A DNA stretch of 64,000 nt from the human T2T-CHM13v2.0 reference genome, Homo sapiens (GCF_009914755.1 NC_060948.1); one strand, 5' to 3'. Positions 1 to 14,933 are shown, counted from the first letter of the stretch. Made by a program: numbers and translations. The notes: generated by a model from the sequence alone, not told the origin.

Positions 1-262
1 AACAATGTTGAGAATATTTCATGTGTTTATCTGACATTTTTATATCTTCTTGGAAAAGTGTCATTTAAATTATGTGTCTGCTTTTATTGTGTTATTTCTC
101 TTTTTTATTTTTAAAAAGTATTCATATATTCTGGATACAGGTTCCTTGTCAGATCTATGATTTCCAAATATTTTCTCCCATTCTGTGATTAGTTTCTATT
201 TTTGGGTTTTGGGTTTCTTTTACTTTATTGATAGTATCCTTAGAAACATAAAAGGCTTTATT

Positions 263-584
<322 letters not shown>

Positions 585-1832
585 TTATTTTAATGAAGTT
601 CAAGTTATCTATTTATTGTTTTATTATTTGTATGTTTAGTATCGTATCTAAGAAAATTTTGCCAAACGAAAGATCATAAAGGGTTACATACATGTTTCAT
701 AGTTTCATTTCTTACATTTCTTGCTTTGACCTATTTTGAGGTAAAATTTTATATGCTGAAAGAGTCCAACATCAATTGTTCAAAATAGTAATCGAATTGT
801 GTTTACACACTTTTTAAAAATCAATTGACTATAGCAATCTAGATTTATTTCTGAAATCTCAATTTTATTCAATTTATATGTATGCATGTTCTTGTCCCAG
901 CACCTCACTGCCTTTACTTCTGTATCTTTGAAGTAAGTTTTGATATTGAAAATGTGAGTACTTCAAATTTGTTTTTCTGATATAAAATGGTTTGGACTAG
1001 TTGAGTTCCTTAAATTTCTATATGAATTTTAGGGCTATCTTGTCAATTTGTGCAAAAATGCTATTAAAATTTTAATAGGCTTCAAATAGAATCTATAATT
1101 ACCTTAGACAGTGTTTGCCATTTTAATAATATTACATCTTCTAATCCATTAACACAATAATGTTTTTCTTTTTATTTAGCCTTTAAATTCTTTTCATGAT
1201 ATTTTGCAGTTTTTAATATGAGAGTTTTAAAGTTGTTTAATTTTTTCTTAAGTATTTTATCTTTGTGATGTTATTGTTAATAGAATTGTTTTTGTAATTG
1301 TGTTTTCCAATTAATTGCTACAGTACAGAAATATGATTGATTTTTGAAGACTCTCAAAACTATTTATTAGCTCTAATAGTAGATTCTTTATAATTTTTCA
1401 TTTATGAGATGTCATCTGAATAGAGACTGAGTTACTTCTGTCTTTCCAATCTAGATGCATATTATTTATTTCTTTTTTTCTTTGCCTAAATGATTCAACT
1501 AGAGCCTTAAATTAAAAAAAAAAAAGAGTTGATATCCTTGTCTTTTTCTTCATCTTAAGTGTGAAAGCTTTTAGTCTTTTACCAGTAAGTATGATGTTGT
1601 TAACTATGGATTTTTCATAGATGCCCTTTATTGGATTGAGGAAGATCCTGTCTATTTCTACCTTCTTGTTTGCTTTTATAATGATGGGTGTTTAATTCTG
1701 TCAGAAATTTTCATATATATAGATATAATAATGTAATTTTTCCTTTTTTCTATTAATATGTTGTATTATTTTGACTAATTTTCTTATGATGAATCATAAG
1801 TGCAATCCTGGAATAAATCACCCTTACTTGTG

Positions 1833-2506
1833 TTTTATTGGTAGTGAAACCGTACGGGTCTGCAGCAACCTCAATTCTTGCCTCCTCAGAAGAAAGAATT
1901 CAACTGAGAGGCATAAGTCAGAAGGAGAGACTGAGGCAAGTTTTAGAGCAGGAGTGAAAGTTTAATAAAAAGTTCTAGAGAAGGAAAAAAAGGAAGCAAA
2001 GTGCACTTGGAAGAGGGCCAAGTGGGTGACTTGAAGGACATATGCCCTGTTTGGCCTTGGACTTAGGGTTTTATATGCTGGCCTATTTTAGGAATCTTGT
2101 GTCCCTTTTCCCTGGATTCTTCCCTTGGGGCGGGCTGCCCACATGCACAGCGTGTTTATTGGAGTTGTACACATGTTCACTTGAGGCATTCTTCCCATTG
2201 CTAGTGGAATGCCCCCAGAAGGTTATATACCAGTTAAACTCCACCATTTTGCCTCTTAATGTGCATGCTTGACCTCTCTCACCTAACTCCTGAGATCTTA
2301 CTGGGAAGCTGTTGATTATAGTTACAGGTGTTTTTACCTATTGGGAAAATGCCTTTCCCTTCTGCTGGCTGCAACCAATTATTATTTTAGAGAGGCAGTT
2401 AACAACTGCCTGACCATCACCTAATGGTTACCTGACTTTGCTAGTGGGGTGTCTGGGGAGGCTCTCTCCTGTTCTGCTCATGCCTGACTAGCTATCTACT
2501 GTAATA
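1833..2506 (-). mobile_element. MER50 solo LTR (ERV1)
   Basis: Reverse complement begins tattacagtagatagctagtcaggcatgagcag (MER50-like start); 4-bp TSD tgtg at 1829-1832 and 2507-2510. Confidence 0.8.
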
Positions 2507-2819
2507 TGTGGTGTTCAGTCATTTTTATAGGCTGCTCAAATTGTTTTGCTAGCATATTGTTGAGGATTTTGTGTCTTTATTCATAAAGTATATTTTCTTA
2601 TGACTTCCTGGTTTTGTTGTCAAGGAATGTAATACTAGCCACATAGAATAATTCATCTCAAAATATTTTCTAGTTCTGTTGTATTTTCATTGACTCATTG
2701 GTTATTTGGTAGTGTGCTGTTTATTTTTCACAAATTGGTGAATTTACATTTTTCTTTTTTTTAAAAAAATCTACCTTCATTCCATTTTCAATGAAGAATA
2801 CACTTCATATTATTTAAAT

Positions 2820-3600
2820 CTGTATGCCTCTTGGAACATGTCTTCAACACTCAAGCAATGACAATTCTGCTTCAGTCTTTACTTCCTGTTTATGCAGAGC
2901 CTCAGGATCTATCAGAGTTGACAGCTTAAAGCCTTCTCAGGTCACTTCTGAGCATGTGTACTGACCTGGGTATTTATATAGCTTTCTATGTATGTGCCCT
3001 TCTAGCTTCCCAGAAATATGTCAGAACTTCCCAAAATACTTACAGACACCTTATTCTGCAACTTTTAATTTTAAGCTTTTGGTTAGTGTACTTGATTCAA
3101 TTTTTATCTAGTACCTCAGGCGTCCATGAAATTAAACAATTGCCTGCAATAATTGTTAACAAATGCTCCCAGGAAGGAGACTGCTCAAGTTGGGCAAGCT
3201 CTAAGTTAGGTCAAATGCACACAATATTCTTAGTGAGGTCTTCCATGGAACTAAGACAGAGACCAACTAATGACTATCCTCTGGGAATGGGGTTTTGCAG
3301 AAGCTTCAGTGTCATTTTTATTTTTTGGTTTCTGCCTGGCTACTGGTCTTCATTGGAAATATGGGCTGTTAGTTTTCAGTTAAACTGCAGAGCTAGAGAG
3401 CAGGAGATTGGACCAAGGCAAGTTAAAACACCACAAAGATCAATATTATTAAATTTTTTTTTAATAGAACATCTGAGGATTTTTTTTTGTAATTTCTATC
3501 ATTCTGAAAAACTTGGTTCTGACAATAGTTGCCAGTTTTCTATTTGTTTTTAAGAAGAAAAGACATTTTGGAGGTTCTTACCATTTCTACTGAGTTATTT
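2820..3600 (-). mobile_element. Old L1M 5'-region fragment
   Basis: Resembles antisense L1MC/MD-type 5' UTR (ttcctgtttatgcagagcctcagg...gccttctcaggtc); family uncertain. Confidence 0.5.
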
Positions 3601-3654
3601 TCATTGATTGTTGGAAAAATTTAATTTTCTGTACTCATATCACTAATATTTCCA

Positions 3655-3833
3655 CTTTCTTTTTTCTTTCTTTTTCTTTTTTTTTTTTTTAGACAGTCTT
3701 GGTCTGTCACCCAGGCTAGAGTACAGTGGTATGATCTCAGGGGACTGCAACCTCCACCTCCCAGACTCAAGTGATCCTCCCACCTCATCCTCCCAAAGCG
3801 TTGAAATTACAGGAAAGATCCGTGGTGCCTTGC
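3655..3833 (-). mobile_element. Alu monomer (FRAM-like)
   Basis: Poly-T, then a single Alu arm: gtcacccaggctagagtacagtgg...tcctcccaaagcgttgaaattacagg. Confidence 0.85.
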
Positions 3834-3974
3834 CTTCCATTGTTTTACTGGATACTAAACAGAAACAATTCTAGGGACCTAGCCACTTTTTGCCACATCA
3901 TCCTCTCCACATCCTGAGCATTTGCACATTTAAGATAAACAAGTATCCCTCTTGTGCTTTGACACTCTTCTTTT

Positions 3975-4198
3975 TCAAAAAGACACAGTCCTTTTTAAGG
4001 GCTTGATTGATTAGGTGAGGCCCACCAGGATAATCTTTATTTTGATTAATTCCTACTCAACTAATTAGGAACCTAATAATAGGGTTGATATTTAATTGTA
4101 TTCACAGATTTCATATGTATTCAAAAGGAAGGAATTATATAAAGGATCATGAAGTGAGAATGTAGTGGAAATGCACATTAGAATCCTGCTTACCCCAG
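3975..4198 (-). mobile_element. MaLR (MLT1-like) LTR fragment
   Basis: gattaggtgaggcccaccaggataatc...ttagaatcctgcttacc resembles MLT1 LTR in antisense. Confidence 0.55.
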
Positions 4199-4374
4199 TA
4201 TTTAATAATAGTGATTAAAGTGTTTATATTATAATATATAATAAATAATAATTTATAGAAATTAATATATTATTTATTTACTTAATAAACATTCCTAGAT
4301 GTGAAATGGCCGCATCAACAAAGATGTATATTCTAATTTGGGGAGATATTGCCAAAATGCTCTGAAAAGTGGTT

Positions 4375-4750
4375 TTACTTGGTTAATTTCATGTTGTTAA
4401 TACAGAATACCACATGCTTATTTACAAATAAATTTATTTCACACAGTTCTGGAAGCTAAGTCTAATATCAAAGTGATTGCATCTGGTGAGGGCCTTCTTC
4501 CAAAGTCATCCCACAGCAGAAGTTGAGAGGGTGACAGAGGAAGAGAGACAGAAAGATTGAACTCACATCCTCAAGCCCTTTTATCATCAGCATTAATTTA
4601 TTTATGAGAGTGTAGCCTTCATGGCCTAATTATCTCTCAAAGGTCTCACCTTTTAATATATTGTTGCATTGAAGATTAAATTAAAAGATGTTTTAATTAA
4701 AAAATTAAACCATAATTAAACCATAATTAAATAAAATTAAACCATATAAT
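4375..4750 (-). mobile_element. MST-type MaLR solo LTR
   Basis: aatttatttcacacagttctggaagct...gcatctggtgagggccttct...gccttcatggcctaat. Confidence 0.75.
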
Positions 4751-4779
4751 GCTTGATCCAATTAATAATATTATCACAA

Positions 4780-4870
4780 ATAATAATTGTAGCTCACCTT
4801 AATTGAGTGCTTATTTTGTGCCAGGCAGGTTCCTAAAAGCTTTACAGATTTTCTCATGCTTAATGTTTCA
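4780..4870 (-). mobile_element. MIR fragment
   Basis: ttgagtgcttattttgtgccaggca...gctttaca core. Confidence 0.55.
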
Positions 4871-4925
4871 AATCTTAAAGTTTTAGTATGAGAGTAAGTG
4901 AGAATCTAATTTTAACTTTTGCATG

Positions 4926-5794
4926 TGATATGGTTAGGCTTTATGTCCCCACCCAAATCTCATTTTGAATTATAATCCTGCCAAGACCAGCTTAGCCATT
5001 GAGATCCTAACCCAGCAGTGCTAGAGGAATTAAAGACACACACAGAGAAATATAGAGTGTGGAGTGGGAATCAGGGGGCTGACAGCCTTCAGAGCTGAGA
5101 GCCACGAGCAGTTTTACCCACATATTTATTGACAGCAAGTGAGTGATAAGCATTGTTTCTATACATTATAGATTAATTAAAATGGGAAAGAAGGGGATGG
5201 GCTCTGGCTAGTTATCTGCAGCAGGAACATGTCCTTAAGGCACAGATCACTCATGCTATTGTTTGTGGTTCAGGAATGCCCTTAGCAGTTTTCCACCCTG
5301 GGTGGGCCAGGTGTTCCTTGCCCTCATTCTGGTAAACCAACAACCTTCAGCGTGAACATCATAGCCATCATGAGCATGTCACAGTGCTGCAGAGATTTTG
5401 TTTATGGCCAGTTTTAGGGCCTGTCTATGGCCAGATTTGGGGGCCTGTTCCCAACATAATCCCCATAATCCCCACGTATCAAGGGAGAGACCAGGCAGAG
5501 GTAAATGAATCATGGGGGTGATTTCCCCCATGCTGTTCTCATGATAGTGAGTGAGTTCTCACAAGATTTGAGCTAATGGTTTTCTAAGTGTTTGGTAGTT
5601 TCTCCTGCATTCATTCTCCCTCTGGCCACATTTTGAAGAAAGTGTCTTGCTTCCCCTTCGCCTTCTGCCATGATTGTTAAGTTCCCTGAGGCTTCCTCAG
5701 CCATGTGGAACTGTGAGTCAATTAAACCTCTTTCCTTTATAAATTGCCCTGTCTCTGGCAGTTCTTTATAGCAGTGCGAGAATGGACTAACACA
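4926..5794 (+). mobile_element. THE1D-like MaLR solo LTR, interrupted by MER9
   Basis: tgatatggttaggctttatgtccccacccaaatctca start; gtcaattaaacctctttcc...aatggactaacaca end. Confidence 0.9.
4979..5456 (-). mobile_element. MER9 (HERV-K9/HML-3) solo LTR
   Basis: Reverse complement starts tgttgggaacaggcccccaaatctggccata; 6-bp TSD taatcc (4973-4978 / 5457-5462), typical ERVK TSD length. Confidence 0.9.
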
Positions 5795-6103
5795 ATATGT
5801 CATTCATTTCTTTCTATTACTTTTCCTGTCAGTGACGTGTTCTTTCTTGAGAATAAACAATGAGAGGAAAGTTGACCTCATTTTTAATGAAAAGAAAAAT
5901 TTTCTGCTCATTTTCTAGATAAAAGAACAAATTGTTATTGAATAAACAGAGAAAATATGATAAATCCTCCAAAATAGCATTGAAATTCCTTTCTACCCAC
6001 AGAAAGAAAAGCTCAAGAGCAATGCAATTTTATCATGTCATACAATATCAGGTGTGCTGCATGTCTACACAGAAAGTAGGACATAGCAATATCTGAAAGT
6101 GAA

Positions 6104-6439
<336 letters not shown>

Positions 6440-6894
6440 TAAATTTTTGTAGAGTATATTAAATATAGTTTTCTGCTCTAGATATATTTATCAAAGCTGT
6501 GCCAAGTGTTCCCAGATTGTGCTTATTTCCTTAAAATATTGACTTTCTACCATGACGTAGAAAATATTTATTAAGTCAACAGCTTTATTATACTTGAAGT
6601 ATTATTGTTTTGTACATCAAAATTATGTTTTTCTCAGTTCTAAGTAGGATTAATTTCATAAAGTGATTTAAATACTAAACCTCAGTGGGATTTATATATT
6701 ATTCAAATAGAACTGACTTTAATTCTCGTGACTCTTTATATCTTTTAATATGTGTATTTTATTAGTTAAAAATCCATTACGTCATTAAGGTACAACAAAA
6801 TAACAGCAGACGTAAGATAGCTATTTAAAAGCTATTAAAGCTTTATAAGCTCATTGTATATTAAAGAAAGACGTATATTAAAAAAAAAGCCATC

Positions 6895-8560
6895 TAGACT
6901 TCCCCTTCCAGCTCTAACATATAAAGAGCTTTTATGTGGTCACTCTTGACCTTAAAAACATACAAAAAAAGACAAACTGTAAGTAAACAACTTCACTTGG
7001 ACCATCAGATAATTGAAGTCACAGGGAAAACTGACATCTTGAAATCTGGAGAGATAGGGTAATACAGAGAATTACCCCTGAGAGCAGCCTATTTGGAAAA
7101 AGAGTCACAGTATCCAAAATCTTTAGCAACACTTAATTTTCATGAGCTACTGGAGGATTAGTGTGGAAAAGCTTGAGAGTAAAATAAATGCTGTGATCCA
7201 GTATTACGGATGCCCACACACGTTTACAATTTCTACCTCCTGTAACCCCTTTAGGCTCTCATGGTGAAGAGCCAAGAAAAATCTGCTTGTGTTTCCAGTA
7301 GCTGAGAAAAAAAAAAGTATCCACTTTGAAATATGCCCAGAGTGTTCTCTATAACAAAGGCATAGTTCACAAGGGAAAAAACTTTATCAAAGACTTATCC
7401 AAACTGGTAGAAGGATAATTATCCATATTCAGGCCCCTCTAGCCTTCCTGTCCCACCACAGCCAAGGGGCACAAGCTCACTTAAAGACAGAGCTACAATC
7501 AAATATTAGAATGCTTTCTTTCCCCATTCCTTGCCATCACGGCAGCAGAGCTCTTGTGAATAAACAGTAAATTACAACTGAAAGAGCCACAAGACACTGA
7601 GTCTATTTAAGAAGTTGTGTATGGGAAAACCTAAAAACAATAGGAGAGATAAAGACATGGACAGTAGAGAAAATTGAAGCCTTTGGCATCTACAGTTACA
7701 GCAAACATTAGAACACAGCATAACTCCTAGCCAGATTAACATTAAACATTACACTAAAAGCATAAATTATTTTTTATTATTTAGTATAACCTATCCATCT
7801 TAAAAAAGTACAAATGACAGTAACAGGCAGGGAAATATACACTCTGAAGAGACAAAACAAACATTAAAACCAAATTTATATATGACACATACTTTGGAAG
7901 TATCAGATATGAAATTTAAAATAATCTTGATTAATATGTTAAAGAGCTATAATGGAACATGTGGACCACATGACAGCACAGATGGGAAATATAACCTGAG
8001 AGATGGTCTCTAAGAAAGAATTAAAACAAAATATCTAATAAAACAAGACAAATAATGCCTTTGGCGGGCACATCATTACACTGACACTGCTGATAAAAGA
8101 ATAAGTGAGGATAAAAATATGTCATTAGACATTCCCCAAACTGAAAAGCAAAAACAAAAGAAAATAAAAAATTTTAAAAAACACATCTGAAAATTGTGTT
8201 ACAATTTCAAAATGTGTAACACAGTTATAAATAGAATATAAGAAGAGAAGATACTTTCCAAAATTAATGTCAGACACTAAACTGTAGAATTTAGTTAGCT
8301 TAGAGGACACCAAAAAAGGATAAATACAAAAAAATCTAGAGCTTGGCATACAGTCAAACTGCAGAAAATCAAAGGCCAAAAAAAAAAAAAAAAAAATGCT
8401 TCAATGAAGAGAGAGAATAAAACATTTTAGTTATAGAGGTGTAAGCCTAAGAATTACATTGGGCTACTTACTAGAAACCCAGTAAGCAAGAAGAGAATGA
8501 AGGTTGAAATATTTAAAATATTGAAATAAAATAAAACTACCAATATAAAAGTTTATGTCA
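6895..8560 (+). mobile_element. Old L1M 5' UTR and ORF1 remnant
   Basis: A-rich ORF1-like segments (gaaatttaaaataatcttgattaatatgttaaa; cttggcatacagtcaaactgcagaaaatcaaag). Confidence 0.65.
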
Positions 8561-8564
8561 TGCA

Positions 8565-8852
8565 AAACATTATATGTTGTGGTAAAAATGGCACTTTACC
8601 TCTGTTCACCTCCTCCCAAAAATTCGTAACTCCAGCTAATCATGAGAAAAGCATCAGTGAAATTACAATAGAGGGTCATCCTGCAAAATATCTGATCAAC
8701 AATTCTCAAGGCTGCCGAAAACAAACAAACATAAAATATGGCAAATTGTTACAGCCAAGAGGAGCCTAAGAAAACATGACAACTAAATGTAGTGTGGTGT
8801 TCTGGATGGAATCCTGAAAGAGGAAAAGACACTAGGTAGAAAGTAAAGAATT
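8565..8852 (+). mobile_element. L1MC/MD-type 3' UTR, left part
   Basis: aaaatggcactttacctctg...acatgacaactaaatgtagtgtggtgttctggatggaatcctg. Confidence 0.75.
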
Positions 8853-9146
<294 letters not shown>

Positions 9147-11324
9147 AGAAAGTAAAGAATTCTGTTTCTCATCTGGATGACAATGTTTGAAGCTTTGTGG
9201 ATCCATTCCATGGTGAAGCAAGAATATCTTATGAAAATGATAACATAATATTTTAAAGTCTCTGAAAATTACCCTAAGGTATATAGAAAAGTGATGAAAG
9301 ATTTGTTCAAAATAATCAGCCATAATTCTAAGAACTGTAAATCATGTGTCATTTGAGCCATAACCAACTTTCTGTCATGACCTCAGCTCAGTTTGATGTA
9401 ACCACCCCTCTGAGCAGGTATTGCTAAAAAGATGGGTCAAACTTCCTACCAAGTGTTGCCATTTCTGACCGAGTGGGGCAAAATGACAGCATTTATTATA
9501 TGTAACTACAAGTTAAAGAGGTTAAATTCCAATTTATTTTATTTTATTTATTTATTTTTTTGGTGACCAAGAGGAAAAGGGCTCACATCCTCCACCCAAC
9601 CCATACCCACAGGACAAGCACTGTTTCTCAGGCACATCAGACTGATATTTGGACCCACAGTGCTCTAGATCCAAGTGTCTGGTTTGGGAAAGCTACCATG
9701 CTGTGAGAGGCAACCTAAAAGGACAAGGGACTACTCTCTTGCATAATTTCCAGAGAGTTTTCCCAGGACGAGAAGCAGTTGAATAACAAAAGAGAGGTTC
9801 AGACCTCTCCACAAAGTAACTGAATTTATATAAAACGGTGTGGAGAAGTTCAAATATAAGTATTCCCCAAAATAATAACTCCTCTTAATTATGCAACAGA
9901 AGCTTAACCATAGCCAATACATTCACCCGGGAGAAACAAAGTGAACTAGTTCATCAGATAGAAAGAGATAGCTAAGAAGAGCCCTTGTTGGAAAGAATGT
10001 GTCAAAGTTTGGCCTCAAACACTACCCCTGTCCAAATTTAAGTACAGCAGACTATGGAGCAATTTGTGCCATGACATTGTGAAAAATAATAGAGCAATAA
10101 GCCAGTAAATAGTAGAAACTAAAGGACAGAATGTGAATATCAAATGTAGCAGATGCTTAACAGAGAGATTGAGACAGTAAAAAACGGCCCTAAAAAAACA
10201 CTGTCATTCTCAAATGACTGCACATCCATTTCCAAGTCTATATTCTCTGGGGAGTCACACCATAATTTTCACACAGTGAAGCAAATACACTTCACTAAAA
10301 TAGCTTGTACAAGTCACAAAACAAACAGGCACCAGAGAGTGGGGTGAAAAATCAGTATCTAAAGTTGTTATAATGTATTCTGTAAAATTTTCAGTCTTCT
10401 ACCAAAAATTAAGGGTCACATGAAAAAACATAAATATGTGACCAACATATACACAAAAATGCAGGCAAGAAAAACTGCCTGTGATAATGACCAGTGAGAA
10501 GTCATGTCTAACAAAGAACAAATTCAATATAGCCATTATAATATGTCTAAAGAACTAAAGGAGATAATATTAAAGATGTATAGAGAAATATAAGGCTTTC
10601 AAAAGATAGGAAATATGTTTTTAAATGAACCTTCAGGAGTTAAAAATAACCTAAATGAAAAAAATGTATTGCAGGAGTTTAACAACAGATTTGAAATTGC
10701 AGAAACAAAATCAGATTACTTGAAGACAGATTAATATGGACTATGCAATCTGAAAAACAGAGAGTAAATAGAATACAGACAAATGAATAGAACCCCAGAG
10801 AATTGCAAGATACCTTTTAGCACACTAACATACACATGCTAGAAATGTCAAAAGGAGAAGAGAAACAGAAAGATTAAAAAATATTCAACAGTGTATGGCT
10901 GAAAACTTTTAACATTTGCTGAAAAACATTAATCTACATATCCAAGAAGCTCAACAAAGTCCAAGTGGTATAAATGGAAAGAGATTCACACCAAGACACA
11001 TTTAAATAAAAATAATGAAAAGCCACAGACAGGAAGTTATGAATGCTGCAAGAAAAAAAATTTAAAAATGACTCCCCATATCTTAGAGAAACCCAATAAA
11101 TTGTTAGCAGCTTTCTTTCCCTCGGGGAATGGTGGTGAGTTATCAGTGGAATGACATTTTTACAGTACTAGGAAAGAAAATGCTGAGCAAGAATCTTGCA
11201 TCCAGTAAAATTATCTTTGAAAATGAAAGAGGAATAAAAATACTCACAGACAAAATCTGAGAGGATTCATTGCTAGTACATTTACTTTATAAGAAATACT
11301 GAATGAAGTTCTTTAGGGTGAAAG

Positions 11325-11937
11325 TGAAACAATGGAAGGTCACTGGTCTTGTTGTCTAAGTTGTAATCTGAGCTCGTGGTCTCACAACCAGAAAATTAAG
11401 AACGTGGACCCAAAGGGTGAGGTTGGAGCAAAAGTTTAACAAGCGAAAGAAGAAAGCTCTCTGCAGCAGAGAGGGGTCCCAGACAGGTTGCTGTTTTACA
11501 GTTGAATCCAAAAGCTTTTATAAGAACCCCCTATCAGCTCTGTAGCCATTTGAGTAACTTCTCCTATCTATCAAATCTTCTTCACAACTCCCCCTTATCT
11601 ATGTAGTTTTCGGTATATCTCTAGACAAGCACAATGCACTACTTCTCTTGTTCGTGTAATTGTGGATTTGTTTTAGGTAAGCCCCCCTTCTCCCTGTGCA
11701 AGTTCCCACAAAGCACACCACGTATATGCATGAAAAGGGAAGCAAATATATATTTTTTTCTGGGAGCTCGCTAATCACACAAAGAACATAAGGGTTCTGT
11801 GCTGCTTATCTATGCAGGTGCAGCCTGAGTTTTCCCCAAGCTGCTCTATTTTTGCCTCTAGCTTCGATTTTTCAGGCAGCCTGCTTCTCTGAGACCAGCC
11901 TTAACTGTTTACCTAATTGACCTTTTCTTCTCCCTCA
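11325..11937 (-). mobile_element. ERV1-class solo LTR (subfamily not assigned)
   Basis: TG...CA termini, 4-bp TSD aaag (11321-11324 / 11938-11941), interrupts L1 ORF1 end; ttggagcaaaagtttaacaagcgaaag resembles MER4-group LTR U5. Confidence 0.8.
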
Positions 11938-13343
11938 AAAGAAAATAAGCATGGACATAAAAAATTATCAGCATTGTTAAAGGTAATTTTGTAATTACAA
12001 AAGACAATATATACATAGATTGTTTACTTCTATTCACTGGTTTAATTAGCAATTGCATAAAACAATATGTATATAATTATATATTTTGGCCTGTTAAATA
12101 TAGAAATAGAATGTATTTGACAATGAGACCAGTAACCAATAGCATACAGATGGCAGGAGGAAGCAAAATTGTATTGGATTAAGAAAGTTAAACTACGTGC
12201 TACTTGAAACCTTATGCACAAATGAAATAAAAATTAATAATAAACAAAAAATTAATATTACAATGTCTGTAATTATACAATTGTTTTCTCAGCTTCTTTA
12301 ATAAATATAAAATTATGTAAATAATGATTATAATAATGAATTTTTGTGTTTGTAAGTTATATGGATATAATGTGTGTAACAATAATAGCAAATAAAAGGG
12401 AATTAGATAGAGCTATATTATAGTAATATTTCTATATATCCATGGAATTAAGTTAGTTTAAATCTGAGGCAGGTTATGATAAATTAAGATGCATATAATA
12501 CACCCTAGAGCAACCATAAAGATAATGAAATAGAATTTAAAAAATTTAAAAAATTAAAGTAATTAACATGTTACATTAAAAAATATTTACTTTATACAAA
12601 ATAAATAAATATGAAATACAGAAACAAAAAAAGACATGAAACATATACAATACAAAAAGTAGAATGAAAGATGTAAATTTGACTATAACAATAAGAAGAG
12701 TAAATGTGAATGGAGGAAACAATCCTGTCAAGTTGCATGGATTGTCAGACTAAATCTAAAAACAAGATACAACTATATACAATCTACAGGAGAAACATTT
12801 TAGATTCAGACATACAAATAGGTGAAAGTAAAAGAGAAACGAATGGTATATTATGCAAAGAGTAACCTTAAGAAAGTTGGAGTGAATATTACAATGTCAG
12901 ATAAAAAAGTAAAACAGAAAGTGTGACATGTTATAATGATAAAAGGGTCAGTCCATTTGGAAGTTATAACAATAATCAACATTTAAGCACCCGACAACAG
13001 AATCCCAAAATACATGAAACAAAAGCTGATAGAATTGGGGGGAAATCAAGGCAATTTAATTATAATAGTTGGAGAATTTACTATCACCACTCTCAGTCAT
13101 GGGAAGAGAAACTAGTCAGAAGATTAAAAATGAAATAGAAGTCTTGAATCATATACACAAACTAGACCTAAGAGATTTCTGCAAAGAATTGTTTATAGAC
13201 TCCAACAACAGCAGAATACAAATTCCTGGGGCATCAGAATATACATTTTTCCTAAGTGCAAATGGAGCATTCACTATAATAGAACACGTATCATCAAAAC
13301 TTAAAAATATGGAAGAATTAAAACCATAAAAAGTATCATCTCT

Positions 13344-13640
13344 GGCCGGGTATGGTGGCTCACACCTGTAATCCCAGCACTTTGGGAGGCTGAGGCAGGT
13401 GGATCATGAATTCAGGGGTTTGAGATCAGCCTGGCCAACATGGTGAAACCCTGTCTCTACTAAAAATATAAACATTTGCCAGATGTGGTGGCATGCACCA
13501 GTAGTCCCAGCTACTCAGGAGGCTGAGTCAGGAGAATCGCTTGAACCCAGGAGGCAGAGGTTGCAGTGAGCCTAGACTGTGCTATTGCACTCCAGCCTGG
13601 GTGACAGAGCAAGACTCCATCTCAGAAAAAAAAAAAAAAA
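13344..13640 (+). mobile_element. AluS (Sg-like)
   Basis: Full dimer with A-tail; flanking atctct duplicated. Confidence 0.9.
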
Positions 13641-13777
13641 ATCTCTGATCACAATGAAAAGAAGTTGCACATAAATAAGAGAAAAGAAATGGAAAATTAC
13701 AATTAAGTAAAAGTATAAAACACATTACTAAATAATCAATGGCTCAAAAAAGAAATTATAAGGGAAATAAAAAATCT

Positions 13778-14020
13778 AGGATTTGATAGCACAACAAGAT
13801 GACTACAGTCAAAAATAATTTATTGTACTTTTAAAATAACTAAAATAGTATAATTGGATTGTTTGTAACTCAAAGAAAGAAAAAATGCTTCAGGTGATGG
13901 ATACCTCATTTACTTTGATGTGATTATTACACATTATATGTCTGTTTTAAAATATCTCATGTACCTCATAAATATATATATCCACTATGTACCCAAAGGA
14001 TTAAAAATTTAAAAAAGTTA
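13778..14020 (+). mobile_element. L1MA 3'-terminal fragment inserted in older L1
   Basis: atttgatagcacaac...tctcatgtacctcataaatatata...ctatgtaccc. Confidence 0.8.
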
Positions 14021-14390
14021 AAAAATACTTTGAGATAAATAAAAATAAAATACATACAAAAATGTATGGATGCAGCTACAGCAGTACATAGAGGAAAATT
14101 TATAACTGCAAAATACCTGTCTAAAAAGGAATAAAATTTTCAAATAAATGATTTAACCATTCACTCTGAAACACTAGAAAAATAAGAGAAAAGTAAAACC
14201 AAAGTAAGCAAAAGAAAGGAAACAATAAGGAATAAAGTACAAATGAGTAAAATAGAAAATAAAAAAATAGGGAAATATTAATAAAACAAAAAGTTTATTC
14301 TTCTAAATGATCACTTGAACCAAAAAAATCTTCAGGTCAATTGACCAAGAATAAAAGAGAGTAGACTCAATTTACTAAAATAAGAAATAG

Positions 14391-14545
14391 GCCACAGGTG
14401 GTGGCTTATGCCTATAATCCCAGAAATTTGGTAGGCCAAGGTGGGAAGATTGCTTGAGGCCAGGAGTTTGTGGCCAGCCTGGGCAAGAGAGTGAGACCCC
14501 TTCTTCACAATAAATAAATAAATGAATGAATAAGTATTTAAAAAT
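14391..14545 (+). mobile_element. FLAM_C Alu monomer
   Basis: Single left arm with gattgcttgaggccaggag; TSD aaaataagaaata / aaaataggaaata. Confidence 0.85.
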
Positions 14546-14933
14546 AAAATAGGAAATATGAAGTATTAATATTACTACTAGCCTTATATAAATAAAAGGA
14601 ATTATAGAGTTACTATGAATAACTGTATGACAACAAACCAAATAACTTAGATCAAATGAACACAATTTTAGAAAGATCCAAACTAGTAAACTCAAGACCT
14701 AAACAGAATATCAGAATATTCCAATCCATAGTACAAAGTTTGAATTAGTAACAAAAAAAACCTTTTATATAAAAAAGTCCAGCCATACTTGTATTTGCTA
14801 TTGAATTATACCAAAGATTTAAAGAAGTAATATTAATTCTTCACAATGTCTTTCAAACAAATAGAATAGTAGAGACTCTTTGCAACTGTTTTTATGAGGC
14901 CATTATTAACCTATTACCAAACCAGACAAAGAC

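Noticed and set aside
4695-4745. aattaaaccat short tandem copies at an MST LTR end
   Set aside because: Minor local slippage
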